A stretch of DNA of 63,458 bases, counting the filler, from Globobulimina sp. (lineage: Eukaryota): the NCBI GenBank assembly GCA_003354225.1. It is 24 parts of 24 records of this genome, joined end to end, with 100 filler letters (N's around TTAATTAATTAA, not from the genome) between each part and the next. Parts side by side here need not be neighbours in the genome. Positions count along the whole stretch, not along the records: positions 47,677 to 50,223 come from PIVH01006060.1; positions 50,324 to 52,870 come from PIVH01006061.1; positions 52,971 to 55,517 come from PIVH01006062.1; positions 55,618 to 58,164 come from PIVH01006063.1; positions 58,265 to 60,811 come from PIVH01006064.1; 19 more parts are not named here. One strand, written 5' to 3'. The notes below the pieces were generated by a model. It did not search any database. It was not told where the DNA came from and was given only the letters and a program-made list of their open reading frames with translations. Below, piece after piece: positions 47,926 to 60,911 of the stretch. A program made the position numbers and the translations under genes. Each line of letters begins with the position of its first letter. Positions within the stretch are counted from its first letter, which is position 1.

Positions 47926-49069
47926 TCATCCAGTGCAAGATATGGAAAATGGTTGATGGAAATTAAACATATGGATCCACATATTTGCGCCATACTTGAC
48001 GCCTTTAATCGGCGGCAATGCTTCATGATTTGCTTTGGCTTCAATCTGGAATGGATCCTCATTCTTTACATTATTCCATAAAACCACATTTCCTCGCTTT
48101 GGTTTGACCGCAGCTCCCAATCTATTAAACTTTGTCTCGCCGCCTTCCTCCACGTCATTCAAATATATATAATATGTATATACGCGAGGACCAATCGGCA
48201 AATCCAAATGGCCAACAATATAATCCGTGTGTTGCACATAATATTGTCCTTCAAAATAGCGCAACACTTGGAAATACTCGCTGTTTTCCTTAGGAATTCG
48301 CGTTATATTCTCGGCCTTTTGCGCCATTCCATTTATTATAGGATTATCCCAACAGCCTCGGACGCACCAATCGTTTGAGGAGGTTCTCGCATCACTAACA
48401 CACAAAAAACGATGGTTTTTATAACATATAAGCAATATATAAATACCTTATAACCTCTGCAAATTTTGCGTCATTTCCGCTCATTTTTCCGGCATCGACT
48501 GAACGCTTAAAATTTCTGCCACCAATTTCAATCATAGTATCACACTCTTCTTTGGTGTAAACCTTGTGTAGTAATACCACCCACGGATCATATTTATGAC
48601 ATATTTCAGCCGAATACTGAGGGAATGCCTTGATTATACGTTCAAATGTCTTGTCAATATCACCGGGATAGACTGCTTGTATTGCTTTTGGATGCCTTTG
48701 ACAACGCATTTTTGGGTCAGATAAATGGCAAAATCCACATTGCTGTGGACAGGAAAACATCATAAAACTTCTGTTTTTTTCACATTCGCCAGTTTTGCTC
48801 CAGAATTCACATTGTTCAGTTTTATATTTGTCAGGGTTTTTGCAATTATAATTTCTAAGGTCCTCTGATAATACGTGATCTAATAAATAAAGCGGATCAT
48901 TTGGATCTAAATCTGATTCTTGGCATTGCTGTGATTCTTTATCATTTGTTGGTGACGGAGTGGGTCCGGTCGCTGGTCCTTCTTCCTCAATATCTGTTGA
49001 TGTCGGCGTCGGGACCTCTTGCGATTGACATAAAAATAACAATAGATAGCATATGAATTGTAGAAACAT
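47926..49069 (-). CDS. Prolyl 4-hydroxylase alpha-like with ShK domain; intron 48395-48446
   Basis: Signal peptide; CEFWSKTGECEKNRSFMMFSCPQQCGFC (ShK); RTSS, QVLRY..GQYY..HTD, YLNDVEEGGET.F, HEALPPIKGVKY. Confidence 0.93.
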
Positions 49070-49138
49070 TATGCAACTGAATGAGGATTTTCAGTGCGGT
49101 CCTAAAGTGGAAACGGTTTTGATTTGTCATATCAGAGT

Positions 49139-50223
49139 CTATAGCATTAGGATATTACCTCGTATGTACGCCTTATTGATAGTACCTAGTATGTAAGGAA
49201 CTCCCCTGTTAACTACACATACTTTTCCATGTTGTGCTACATCCAATGAATATTCACTTTGTATAGCATCTAAATGATTACTTGATAAATCATCGTCTTT
49301 GGTGATTAAATTAATACAAACTCCTTTTTCACCAAATCTTCCAGTTCTTACAATCCGTTGCATAAAAATATCAGAATATGATTTGACAGGAATTTCAAAA
49401 TTAACAACCAATCCAACACTCGGCATATCAACACCTCTTAAAATCACATCCGATGCAATTAAACATCGAATGTATCCATTTCTAAATTCCTGCATTGTTT
49501 TATCTATCTTTGCAGCATTTAACGCTCCATATAACACACCACAAGCAATTTCAATATGAATTATATCATTTTCTTCCAATGCTTCCATCAAATACTTGGC
49601 CATTTTTACCGTATTCACAAAAACTATCATTTGTCCCACATTTGAAAACGCCACAATTCGTAACAAAATCTTTAATTTATACGCAATATCATCGCAAATA
49701 ATTGTATTAAATATAATAGTGTCAAAAGTCTCTGGTCTCCGTACACGTATAATTGTTGCATTGGATGTCAAGTTTGTAACATATTTTTTAATATACGTTG
49801 GGAAGTGGTTGGATGCAAACAATGTTTGGAATCGATTTACTTTCCTAATGAGCTCAATGATATCCTTCAATTGATCAAATAATGAATTCGAAACTCGAGT
49901 ATTTTGTGTCTGTACATGTATTGGTGCAAAATAATTCAAATCATCAATAACTAATATTTTAAAATCACTCAAAAATCTATCCAATAGGTTTGCATTTGCC
50001 GGTAAATATTTATATATTATGCTGCCCGGAGTACCAATACAAATCTGTCCTTTCCATGGATTTGGTGCTTTGTTATTGTTACCTTTCAATGCGATCACAA
50101 CGTCCAACTGTTCAATAAATTGTGCCAATGTTATTATAGTAGCAGATGTTTGAATTGCTAATTCACGCGAGCTCACAATCCATAATCCCTGAAATTTATC
50201 ATTGTATTCATCAATCAGAGACA
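49139..50223 (-). CDS. Degenerate DEAD-box helicase (DDX19/25-like), 5'-truncated
   Basis: SSRELAIQT, GTPG, IVFVNT, LRGVD, LVVNFEIP and QRIVRTGRFGEKG; motif II reads DDLN. Confidence 0.8.
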
Positions 50224-50664
50224 NNNNNNNNNNNNNNNNNNNNNNNNNNNNNNNNNNNNNNNNNNNNTTAATTAATTAANNNNNNNNNNNNNNNNNNNNN
50301 NNNNNNNNNNNNNNNNNNNNNNNAATCTTCTAATTCTTTTTTATAATTTTCAACCTCTCCTTGGACAGATTTTAAATTTAGTTCCAATTCGGAGGTGTCA
50401 CCTTGCTGTATATTTATATATGGAGTATTTTGCAAATTAATTGAAAATACTCTTTTATCGAAACATTATCTCTCTCATTCATATGATACAAGTTACCCGC
50501 TGACGCACGGCATGCGCAGCGAGGCCAAACCAGTAAAGAATGAGAGATCGAAATATGGTAAGTCGCATTAAATCTGATGTTAAATCCCTATTAAACAGGA
50601 AATAACTTCGATTTCACCTAAAAAAAAGCAAATAAAAAAGAATCCCTATCTCAGATGTTGAGTG

Positions 50665-52870
50665 TTATTGTGCTGTAATGTATGACTTATGCACTGCCTC
50701 TACACTGTACACTGTACACTGTACACATACGTGTTGCTCGTTTTTCTCCCGAAACATATCCAAAGATTGAATAAAATACATGCTTAATGATCGAACATCG
50801 GCCAAACATCGTTTTAAATATTCCTCATCGGTTTCATTTAAATCGACATCGTTTGCATCCACGGCCATGGCCACAACCACCGACGTTGACGTAGATTGGC
50901 TATTATCTGCATCATTATTCATATTATTAATAAACAACTTCCATTTTTCCAGCGATCTCCGGATCTCACAATGAATGGTTTGCAACGATTTGTGATATCG
51001 TTGCGATGTTGTAATCGTTTGCTTTAATTTCAACTTTGTTGTTTCCAAACTCGTTTGTAATTTTGTCCGAAGAGCTTGCAGTTTGCGCACAGTCACTGCC
51101 AATCGCTTAATTTTGTCAGTCTGTTCCTTCAATTTGAGCTCATGGTCGCTTGCAGCCGACTTGCTCTCTGACTGTTTGATGCTAATATCTTCATAATTGT
51201 GTGCCAACGCGGCCACACCTTCAACAATCCGCGAACGTGTACGGTCAATACCCATCGACTCGGAGTCATTTGATTTAATATAATTAAAACAACTGCATTC
51301 AGCCAATGAGACTGATATGTTATTCAAGGCCTCCTCTCGTTTGTCATTCGCCACACTCAGCGAAGCCATCTCTGTTGTCAACGACTGTTGAGTCTGAATT
51401 TGGGCTTTTAATTTATTTTGCAATGTTTCCAAATCATTCTGATTCGCTCGCAATTTCGCATTCAAATCGCATAGACTTTGTTCATTGACTTGATTCTCAG
51501 CTGTAATTACTTGCAATTTCTGTTTTATTTCATTTACTTGTTTTTCAGCATTTACTTTGTGTCTATTGATGACATTTTTAGCTTTTTCCTTATATTTAGC
51601 AAAGGCATCTTTCTGTGCTATCTCCATTTCATTTATTTTCTGCTCCAAAGTTATTTTCTGAGTGTTTAACTGTACCAAATCGGATTGACTCACTTGATGT
51701 TGATCTGACAATGTCTGATATCGGTTTTGTATGGCATCATATTCTGTTTTTAACGATTCATATTTTCGAATTGCCTCAGTTTCATATTCATTGGCCATAA
51801 TGGCTTTGCTTTCATATTCTTTTGTTAATCGAGTATGTTTTTGCTGCAAATCAGTATGTTTCTGTGTGCTGGCATTTATATTTTGTTTTTGTTTGTTAAT
51901 GTAGGCTTTATATTTATTTTTCAATTTATCCTTTTCTTGTTTCAACTCCAATACTCTTTGTTCCAATGCTTCATTCTGTTTCTTCATTTCATTATGTTCC
52001 ATCTCTAATATTTGTCTTTGCTGTGTTGCTGACGCGTGGTCCTCTGTTAATGTGTTCATTTTTGTGTTTTTAACCTCGATTTCTTGCTGTAATGCACGCA
52101 AAGTCTTAGCATTGCCTTCATTTCTTGCCATTAATTCATTGTATTTCTCACTTAATCCATTGGTGGCTGCCAAATCATTGTTTTTCTCCGTTAACAATTT
52201 TGTAATTTCGTCATATTCCCGTTTTAATTTTGTATTTGTTTCTTGTAATTCTTTTCTAATTTTCTCATTTTTCATATTTACAGCTTTATATTGTTTTAAT
52301 TTTTGCATCAAAGTCTTTAAAGTTTGTGAATATTTCGCAAGTTTAACAGACAAAGTTTGTTTTTCTTGTGTTATTTGGGTGATACTCTCCGATAATCCAT
52401 CACATTTATTCTGCGATTCGTTATATTTTTGTATTTGTGTTTGTAGTTCAACTGCAGTTTCCTGATATTGTTCATTTGCTGCATTTATTTCCTTTCCCAG
52501 TCTTTCATTTTCATCTTTTAACTGTTTATGTATTTCTGTGGAAAAATCCATAGATTTGGGCTTTGGAATTGGTGTTTGTCTCCGTTTTAAGATAATCGAA
52601 GTAGCTTCGACATCATTCTCCGCATCGTCCCCTTGTTTAATTTTGACGATCTCATCCTGCATATTTTGATTATTACAGAATAGCTCTTCAATTTCCTTTT
52701 TTTTTATATCTAATTCATTTTGAGTTTGTTGATGTGTCTTAAATAAACCATTATATTTGTGTAATAATTCATTTTTTTCATTATTTATAATCGCCACTTC
52801 AGTTTCATGTTTGTCACTTATTTCATTATTTATTTTTTCTATTTCTTTTTTTAAATTTTCATTTTGTTGC
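50665..52870 (-). CDS. Long coiled-coil protein, partial
   Basis: More than 700 aa of heptad-rich E/K/Q/N sequence, open at the contig edge. Confidence 0.8.
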
Positions 52871-52970
52871 NNNNNNNNNNNNNNNNNNNNNNNNNNNNNN
52901 NNNNNNNNNNNNNNTTAATTAATTAANNNNNNNNNNNNNNNNNNNNNNNNNNNNNNNNNNNNNNNNNNNN

Positions 52971-55472
52971 TCAAAGTTTGATCCGACACGTAATGGTTCG
53001 CTATATTTTTGTCAAGATTGTTATGGTGGGAGATATTTATATCCTTGGATATGGGACCAGAGTACCAGTTATTATCAATGGAGAATACATGATGATCCTA
53101 CCACAGGGAGTGGATCTGCGTATTGCGAAATTCTCAATTCTTATGCATCACCAAATTACATATTTAATTTAGAAGAGTGTGGCAGCTGGCATTCGTGGTA
53201 TGATTCAGATTGGCATGACGATGGCGCAGATGCCGCAGTGGGTAGATGTGTGACCTCGTCACCAACCCCAGCACCATTTCTTTATGAACCTGAAACAGGT
53301 ACAGTATGACTGTCGTTGAATGAATTATTAAAGTCAAAAATATATATTTTGATAATATATATAGAGAGAGTATGTGCATCAGGGTCTACCTTATCAGTAA
53401 ATGGTGTGTATAAATACTGGTATACTGACAGCAATGGTGTTGTATTTTATAATGCAAATAAAAATAAAGATTTATATCCATATTTTAATGTGACATCAAA
53501 TGTCTATCAATACCGTATAGGTAATGAGCTATATTGTAATACTGATTCTGCATTTGATCTCTCTCAATGTATAACTAATTGGCAATATTGGAACGGAACT
53601 GTTGATTTAAACATGCGATTGGTAAACTGCAATGATGTTTGCGTTTCCGGGCTTTATTGGACTGGGTATAATAACGTGTGGCAATGGTCAAAGTTTGATC
53701 CGACACGTAATGGTTCGCTATATTTTTGTCAAGATTGTTATGGTGGGAGATATTTATATCCTTGGATATGGGACCAGAGTACCAGTGATTATGAATGGAG
53801 AATAGATGATGATCCTACCACAGGGAGTGGATCTGCGTATTGTACAATTCTCAAATCTTATGCATCACCAAATTACATATTTAATTTAGAAGAGTGTGGC
53901 GGCTGGCATTCGTGGTATGATGAAGATTGGCATGACGATGGCGCAGATGCGTCAGTGGGTAGATGTTTGACTCCATCACCAACAGCACAACCCACTGTGG
54001 ACCCAACTACTGCACCAACCTTTGATCCTGCGCTGGGTATGAATAATTTTCTGAGATAATATTCATGTCTCCAGTTATTACAAAATGCTAAATTTTTGTT
54101 GATATAAACAGACAGATTATGTGTAACAGGATCTGTTGGCTCTTTTGTCAGTTTTGTGAATGGTATGTATAAATATTACGACTGGGATTCGAGCACAGAT
54201 GCTGCGGTATATTATAATTATGGCAAACAATTGTATTTGGAACCAATGTTTGGCTCCACAGCCTATCACATTCGAAACAAATCAAGTAATTATAATCAGA
54301 CTGAAGCATATTGCAACACGAGCACGAATGTTGTTGATTGTTTTGATAATTGGGAATATAACAATGGCTCTCAATTTGTGAATGATGCAAATATGCGATT
54401 GGTAAACTGCAATGAAATATACATAACCGATCAAAATACATATCCATGGTTGAATGGTGTCTATGAATGGTCTCATTTTAATGTTACAAGAAACGGTTCA
54501 CTGTATTTTTGTGATGATTGTTATGACGGTGTAGGATTATATTTATTTCCATGGAGACGATCTGATGAAGAAATAGGACATTCTCATTGGATAATTGCTT
54601 CTGAATATACTGATGACAACAATCAATTTGCATATTGTCACATTGGATTTATCGGTAAAGATTTGCCAATTAATTATGTATTTGATTTGAAGCATTGTGG
54701 TTCATGGTACATGCGGGTATGGAATGACGTTACAAATGAGATGGAAGATAGGAAAAGTAGTAATATTTCAGTACATAGATGTATGACTTCATCACCAACA
54801 GCTACTCCTTCATTATCACCATCAATGAAACCAACATTATCCCCAACATTTCCGTATTCATTTCCTATTGAAAAATCTGAATTTAATGTGACAGATAATT
54901 ATCAAAACCTAAGTTGTGGAGAGTCGCTATCAAACCAATACAATTCGTATGAACATTTAGTATCATATTATAAATTTAGTATTCCTGATAATATATATCC
55001 TCAACAACAACAACAAAAAGTTACAACCTGTCCTGTAGCGGATACTTCTAACTATTCAAATGAATATGATACATATATGTATATAATACGATATCATGGA
55101 TCGAGTACGACTGTGATAGAGAAAGAATCCGCCATTGCATCCTGTAATGCCTTCGCATCAGAGATTGAAATCAATTCATTACCGAATGGTGATTATTATG
55201 CAGTGGTCCAAGGATATATGAATGAAATTGGCTATTTTTCCGTTGAAATGCAATGTATAACACCACCTCCAAAGGTTTCAAGAGAATTAGTGATGGGATT
55301 AGTATTTGGAACGTGTATTTATTTGATATTAATATTTATAATATATTACATATATAAATGGAGACAATATATTAGAAATAGTGAGAATACATTCTCACAA
55401 AGAACACTGCCTAATGTTGCAAAGAGCACTGATCGCGGTCGCGCAGGACACAGACACACCAGAGTACCATAA
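52971..55472 (+). CDS. Cell-surface protein with tandem Cys/Trp/Tyr-rich modules, PT linkers, PPC-like domain and TM; introns 53299-53364 and 54037-54111
   Basis: Repeated NGxY..W..RNGSLYFCxDCY..YLxPW modules; YDTYMYI..SLPNGDYYAVVQGY..GYFSVEMQC; TM LVMGLVFGTCIYLILIFIIYYIY. Confidence 0.8.
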
Positions 55473-55617
55473 TTTTCTGCAATTAATCAAAGTGAAATGG
55501 CAGAGACCGCAGAGGCCNNNNNNNNNNNNNNNNNNNNNNNNNNNNNNNNNNNNNNNNNNNNTTAATTAATTAANNNNNNNNNNNNNNNNNNNNNNNNNNN
55601 NNNNNNNNNNNNNNNNN

Positions 55618-57479
55618 TTAATGTCATTTTTCTTTTCTTCAGCAGCCACTGCTTCCATTTTCAAATCACCATTCAATGCGTAATCTAAATACGTTATCCA
55701 TTCGAAACGCGCATTATTTGAATCCACTCGAAACGTTAACCGTTCTTTCTGTACAGGTTTATTTTGCGTTTTTAGGCAAAATCCATAGCCAATATCTTGC
55801 AATTTAACTAATTTAATGTCATTAAATTGTTTCAAGTCTACGACTTTTAATTCATTTTGCGAAAATATTGTATTATTAAAACAACGTGAAACCTTTAATC
55901 GTTTTTCATTCATAAACAAAGATCTGTCTTCCAAATATTTTTGTTTTCGTTGATTCAAACTTTGAACCACCGAACTATTGCAATATTTTTTCAATGTGAT
56001 AATGATGGAATTATTTTTTTTATTTTCATCAATCCATTGAATATCTTCAAACATAAATTGAAGCAAATCACTTCGAAGATGTTGCGGGATAACATTGTCA
56101 TTATAAAATTCAGAAATAATTATATATTTAGTATCTCTTAGATCAGTTAGGTCTGCATCCTGTATTTCTAATGCTTTGCCTTTGTTTAATAGTTCCAGCG
56201 GACCACCAAATTCTTCATTTGATCCAATTGAACTGTTATTTTTATGATGTTTTAACTCAAATAATGATGCGACTGATTTAATGTTATTCGTATTCAACAA
56301 TATATTCAATTTTATCTCTTTTGCCGTTTTCCCAGTGAGATATATCATAATTTTCGCGTTTGTGTTGTGATCATTCGTCAAATCCAAATTCTTAACAAGC
56401 TGCGATGCCATTTTAAGTTCGATTTTTGTATTTTCGTCGTCCATCAAATAATTAATTTTTGTTCTGTCCCTAAATTCCATCCATATTTGATATTTTGTGG
56501 CAGAGATTAAATATAAATTCTCTTTGGTCAATACACCGCAAACATCAATATATTGCTCCATATGCGTTGAAAATACTTTTATCAATGAATCGTGTAATAT
56601 TTCTTCATTATTTAGCATTTCTTCCAACGTATATTCACAAATACTATCTAATTTATACAATACATCGTCATTTCTATTGTCAAACATAATGTCGTCAATG
56701 GACGTGCTGTGACTGCTATACCCACAATGACTCGACGCGTCGCACGGAAATTCATTGTCAGACTCAACGACCGTGTTAGTACCAGTTGCAATCGCAGCAA
56801 ATGGTTCATTTAATAGCGGGAAAAATGTCGCGGATATTAATGTATCGCTGCATTGTCGATGACTACGTCTACGTTTGTAGGGAACAACATTGCTGATATC
56901 AAATAATTCATATTCCATAAAAAGGGCGGATGCTGTTACAAATATTCCATATTTAGGAGCACATTGAAAATAACAGTGGCCGTTTACAGTTCCATTGTTT
57001 TTGCCATTTGGTGTTTTTAATTCAACTCCATACCATATTCCCTTTTTGTTGGATGGTGTGCCAATATATCGGACAGTACCATCGTATTTAATTTTTGATT
57101 TAGATTTTTGTACTTTGACTTTATCCCAAACGGTGATGCGTGGCAAATTTTCATTGTATTTGGGGTTACGTTTCTGTTTATTTGTCATTGAAATTGAGTT
57201 TTCCCGGACAAATATTCCTTTATTTTGCGCAGTTTTGAAATAATATGTATTCGATACTGATCCATCATTTTTTCCTTTATCTTCGTCTAACTCAATTCCA
57301 TAAAAAATACCTTGTTTTGATGGAATTTCCCCAATAAATTTGATAACTCCAACAGCGTTATATTTCTTTAATTCAACCTTTTTTATTTTAACTAGTCATA
57401 ATTTATAATTATCACTACCAAATAAAGGAATGCGCTTAACCGTATCTCCAACAACATATTTGATTACATGTTCTGTCAT
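55618..57479 (-). CDS. Tandem CAP-Gly protein with C-terminal PH-like region; intron 57378-57440
   Basis: GVIKFIG..GIFYGIELDEDKGKNDGSV..YF and GTVRYIG..GIWYGVELKTPNGKNNGTVNGHCYFQC..YGIFV; TFRVDSNNARFEWITYL. Confidence 0.88.
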
Positions 57480-57662
57480 TTGAAGTCAGAGTTCACTGAA
57501 CTGTTTTTTAGTGAACAATTGACAGCATCTTATTTATTATTTAAGATATTCATGGATGTTGAGCGAATTCACGTGATTAGATTCAATGCCAAAAAATTGA
57601 CAACTTTTTTGATGCGAGTTTTTGTTGCGTTCTTCACACGTTTTTCATAGTAATTCTTCATA

Positions 57663-58164
57663 ATGATGTTCAAAGACGACAATATTTTACGGATCACTGC
57701 ATCAATTATCGCAGGAATTGGTACTTTAATTTATTTACCATTAGGTTTTTATTCAATGTATCGGTATTATCCATATCGTAATCACGTTATTCTACAGAAA
57801 CACTACTCAGAAATCAATCTATATATGATAACATCTTCTTTATTATGTATATGTTGGCAACAATTTTTTGTCTTAATTGTTGGCAAAATAATCAGCGAAA
57901 AGTTTCAGCATTATGCAGCAATCCCAGCTTTATCCTTTGCCCTTATTAGTGCTACATTATTCGCGTGGAGATGTTATATGAATTATTATTGCATAAAATA
58001 TTCGAATGCGATCGATAGCGATGAATGGCAACAATTAATAAATCCAGAAACATGCACAAATAATTGGTTTATTATAAATAAATATAAATATGGAAATTAT
58101 AAATATTTCTACAAACATGTGACTGTTGTATGCGTTGCCTACATCACAATATTAATAGCATTAC
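57663..58164 (+). CDS. Multi-pass (7TM-like) membrane protein, 3'-truncated
   Basis: At least four hydrophobic helices and a W..LINP...NWF..NK.KYGN loop. Confidence 0.6.
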
Positions 58165-58274
58165 NNNNNNNNNNNNNNNNNNNNNNNNNNNNNNNNNNNN
58201 NNNNNNNNTTAATTAATTAANNNNNNNNNNNNNNNNNNNNNNNNNNNNNNNNNNNNNNNNNNNNATTGGATTTT

Positions 58275-58482
58275 ATAACGTTACATATATAACGTTACAT
58301 ATGTGACGTCATAAAATATGGAAGTTGTAACGTTATGATAATTACGTAACAAATTCCATATTTTGTAACGTAACGCTAGTAACGTAATAGGCATTACGTT
58401 ACAAAATGATAGAATTCATAACGTAACTCTAGTGACGTTACGAAAATATCTTTGGTGACGTTATCGACTAGTCTACCACGTA
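58275..58482. repeat. Dense array of ACGT-core motifs (TAACGTTA/GTGACGT/TAACGTAAC) with an internal hairpin
   Basis: About 12 ACGT cores in about 205 bp; AAAATATGGAA...TTCCATATTTT inverted pair at about 58313-58364. Confidence 0.75.
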
Positions 58483-59312
58483 GTAGCTAAGAAAAAGTTA
58501 GTTGGCACGAGTCAATTGGCAGTAGTCAATTGTTAAAACTTTTTTCTGAAGAAAATAAATTAATTCAAAGAAAACACATTAATTAAATATAGGACGTACA
58601 GATATTATCTTATTTATATAATATCAATATCTCTTTAGCCTATAAACATACAAAAAGCAAATACACGAATAAAAAATAAACCAATAAATATTTAATGATA
58701 AATAAGTTATAAATTAGTGACTATGGCAATACTATTGTTGGAGCACACATTTGAGAACAAAATACAGCACATGCAGCTGCTCCATAAACTATTCCACCAC
58801 TTGCTACATACACACCAGCTGTGATACCTATGTTATGTGCATATGTTATTTTAAAATATCAATTAAATTATTTTATATTATTACTACAAACCAGCAAACA
58901 TTCCATTTCCAGCTAAACATCCAGTCATACATGCCGCATAACAAATGGCAGTTGAAATAACTGGTTCTGTTTCTCGAACGCACATCAACAAAACCAATAA
59001 TACTGACATTAAAAAACAATACGATTTCATTCTTCTTCTTTTGTGCAAATTAAAGTGGTATTAAACAAATAAGTACGTTGTAATGGTAGAATGTTTGAGG
59101 TTGCTTTAAAAATGAAAAGAGTTTATTGTTGAAAAACTGTTTAATTTATCATCAGAGATAGGCACTAATCATCAAATGAAACAGTAGTGCATTGTCTGAA
59201 CATTGAACATTGTAAATATTATTAATAATTGCACGTTTTTGATTTTGTTGCAAATACCTAATTAAATTACATTACATTACATTTGTATCTTGTAAACTGA
59301 TTAAATATTAAA

Positions 59313-60491
59313 ATGAAAAAAGAAATGACATTAATTATCATAGCTATTTTACTACTAACTCACATAAATGGATATATGGATAATATTAATATTGATTCTA
59401 GATGGAATCCGTTGCAATTCCCGAATACAAAGATCTACACAATACTCACCTTCGACACTGTTGATTGGAATAAACTTTTCAATCAAACAAATAATGACAG
59501 CGACAGTGACGATGGCAATGATGATATACATTATATATGCAATATAATCCAACAATGTTTTCATGATTCATTTGGATACACTCTCCAATCAATATATTCA
59601 TCAAACACCATCACCACAACACAAAGTACTCCAACAACACCAACACCAACAACACATCCGACGCAATATAGGTACACCGCCGCGCACTCTTCATCTTCTT
59701 CGTCAGTCAGGAGACTGCTACAAAACCACTCTAATGAAGGTGGAGATGGATATGATTCATTGTTGCGGCACAAAATATCATTTAAAAACATTAAAAAATC
59801 ATTGTTGCCACACCATCGCTTTAATTATACATTTGGCGTTTTATTTAATGATATGGATATTTATAATGAGTACGCCTCAATATCGATAGACACAGACCAG
59901 CAAAGTTACCAACTGCTCCGCGCGGTATTTTGTCAGTGTCTGTTTCTGTCATTGAATACAAAACGCGTTCACCTACATATCGTGTCATCATCGCACGGGA
60001 TGTATACACACGAAAATATAACAGGTCACAACAACACCAATGACAGTTTGATTGTGGACTTGGAAGGCACACAAACGCCCATTTCCACGCACAACATACA
60101 GTACAAAGTGATGATAACATTGAATGAAAGGTGTTTGAGCTCCAAAGGCGGGCAATCTGCGAAAGATGGCGTCATTGATGAGATAATTGCATTTTACGGA
60201 GATTGTTTACGTTGGAAAGATGATGCTGATATTGATAAATATGAAACATATCATGTATCAGAGGTTGATATGGTATATTTTTTTAAGATTATAGACAATG
60301 ACAGAGCGTGTTTAATAGATATTGATATGGAATATTTGCGACGCAAATGTGTGGATATGATTGAATATGAACCTATTTACGAATTAGACAGTATACAGTG
60401 TGAGTCGCTGGGTTCGGATTTATGGAATTTAGACTTTTTTGATGGGCTGCCGCATAATGGAATGTATTCTATACTGTTAATTATCAATTAA
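59313..60491 (+). CDS. Secreted protein of unknown function
   Basis: Signal peptide MKKEMTLIIIAILLLTHING, Thr/Pro linker, RRLLQ motif. Confidence 0.7.
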   Translation: MKKEMTLIIIAILLLTHINGYMDNINIDSRWNPLQFPNTKIYTILTFDTVDWNKLFNQTNNDSDSDDGNDDIHYICNIIQQCFHDSFGYTLQSIYSSNTITTTQSTPTTPTPTTHPTQYRYTAAHSSSSSSVRRLLQNHSNEGGDGYDSLLRHKISFKNIKKSLLPHHRFNYTFGVLFNDMDIYNEYASISIDTDQQSYQLLRAVFCQCLFLSLNTKRVHLHIVSSSHGMYTHENITGHNNTNDSLIVDLEGTQTPISTHNIQYKVMITLNERCLSSKGGQSAKDGVIDEIIAFYGDCLRWKDDADIDKYETYHVSEVDMVYFFKIIDNDRACLIDIDMEYLRRKCVDMIEYEPIYELDSIQCESLGSDLWNLDFFDGLPHNGMYSILLIIN

Positions 60492-60811
60492 CTGTCTCCT
60501 TGAAAGTGGATGAATATATTTTTAAATCTCGAAAAGGTGCCGTCACCGATTTGAATTTGTAACAAACCAAAAAATAAACGATTATCATCCATTGCTTTGG
60601 ACATTTCATCAATTCCTGCGATGCCACGTCCAATTATTTGAAATGGAGCCAATGCAATGATCTCTTCATCGCTTTTATGTTTCATCTCTTCCTCCAATTC
60701 TTTTGCAAATGCCTTCCCTCCAAATGAGATGGGTATCGATGCAATTCTGTTATGTAACTTTATTGCTTTGCCATCCTTTCCTGTCGCATAAAATATTATT
60801 TCTGGCTCTTT
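60488..60811 (-). CDS. Coactosin-like ADF-H domain fragment
   Basis: IIGRGIAGIDEM...DDNRLFFGLLQIQIGDGTFSRFKNIFIHFQG. Confidence 0.65.
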   Translation of the reverse strand, partial: KEPEIIFYATGKDGKAIKLHNRIASIPISFGGKAFAKELEEEMKHKSDEEIIALAPFQIIGRGIAGIDEMSKAMDDNRLFFGLLQIQIGDGTFSRFKNIFIHFQGDS

Positions 60812-60911
60812 NNNNNNNNNNNNNNNNNNNNNNNNNNNNNNNNNNNNNNNNNNNNTTAATTAATTAANNNNNNNNNNNNNNNNNNNNNNNNNNNNNNNNN
60901 NNNNNNNNNNN

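Noticed and set aside
2551-60911. Regularly spaced TTAATTAATTAA as a CRISPR-like or biological repeat, and gene neighbourhoods across it
   Set aside because: It is an artificial stop linker between size-sorted contigs. ORF tails such as XXXLIN are artefacts.
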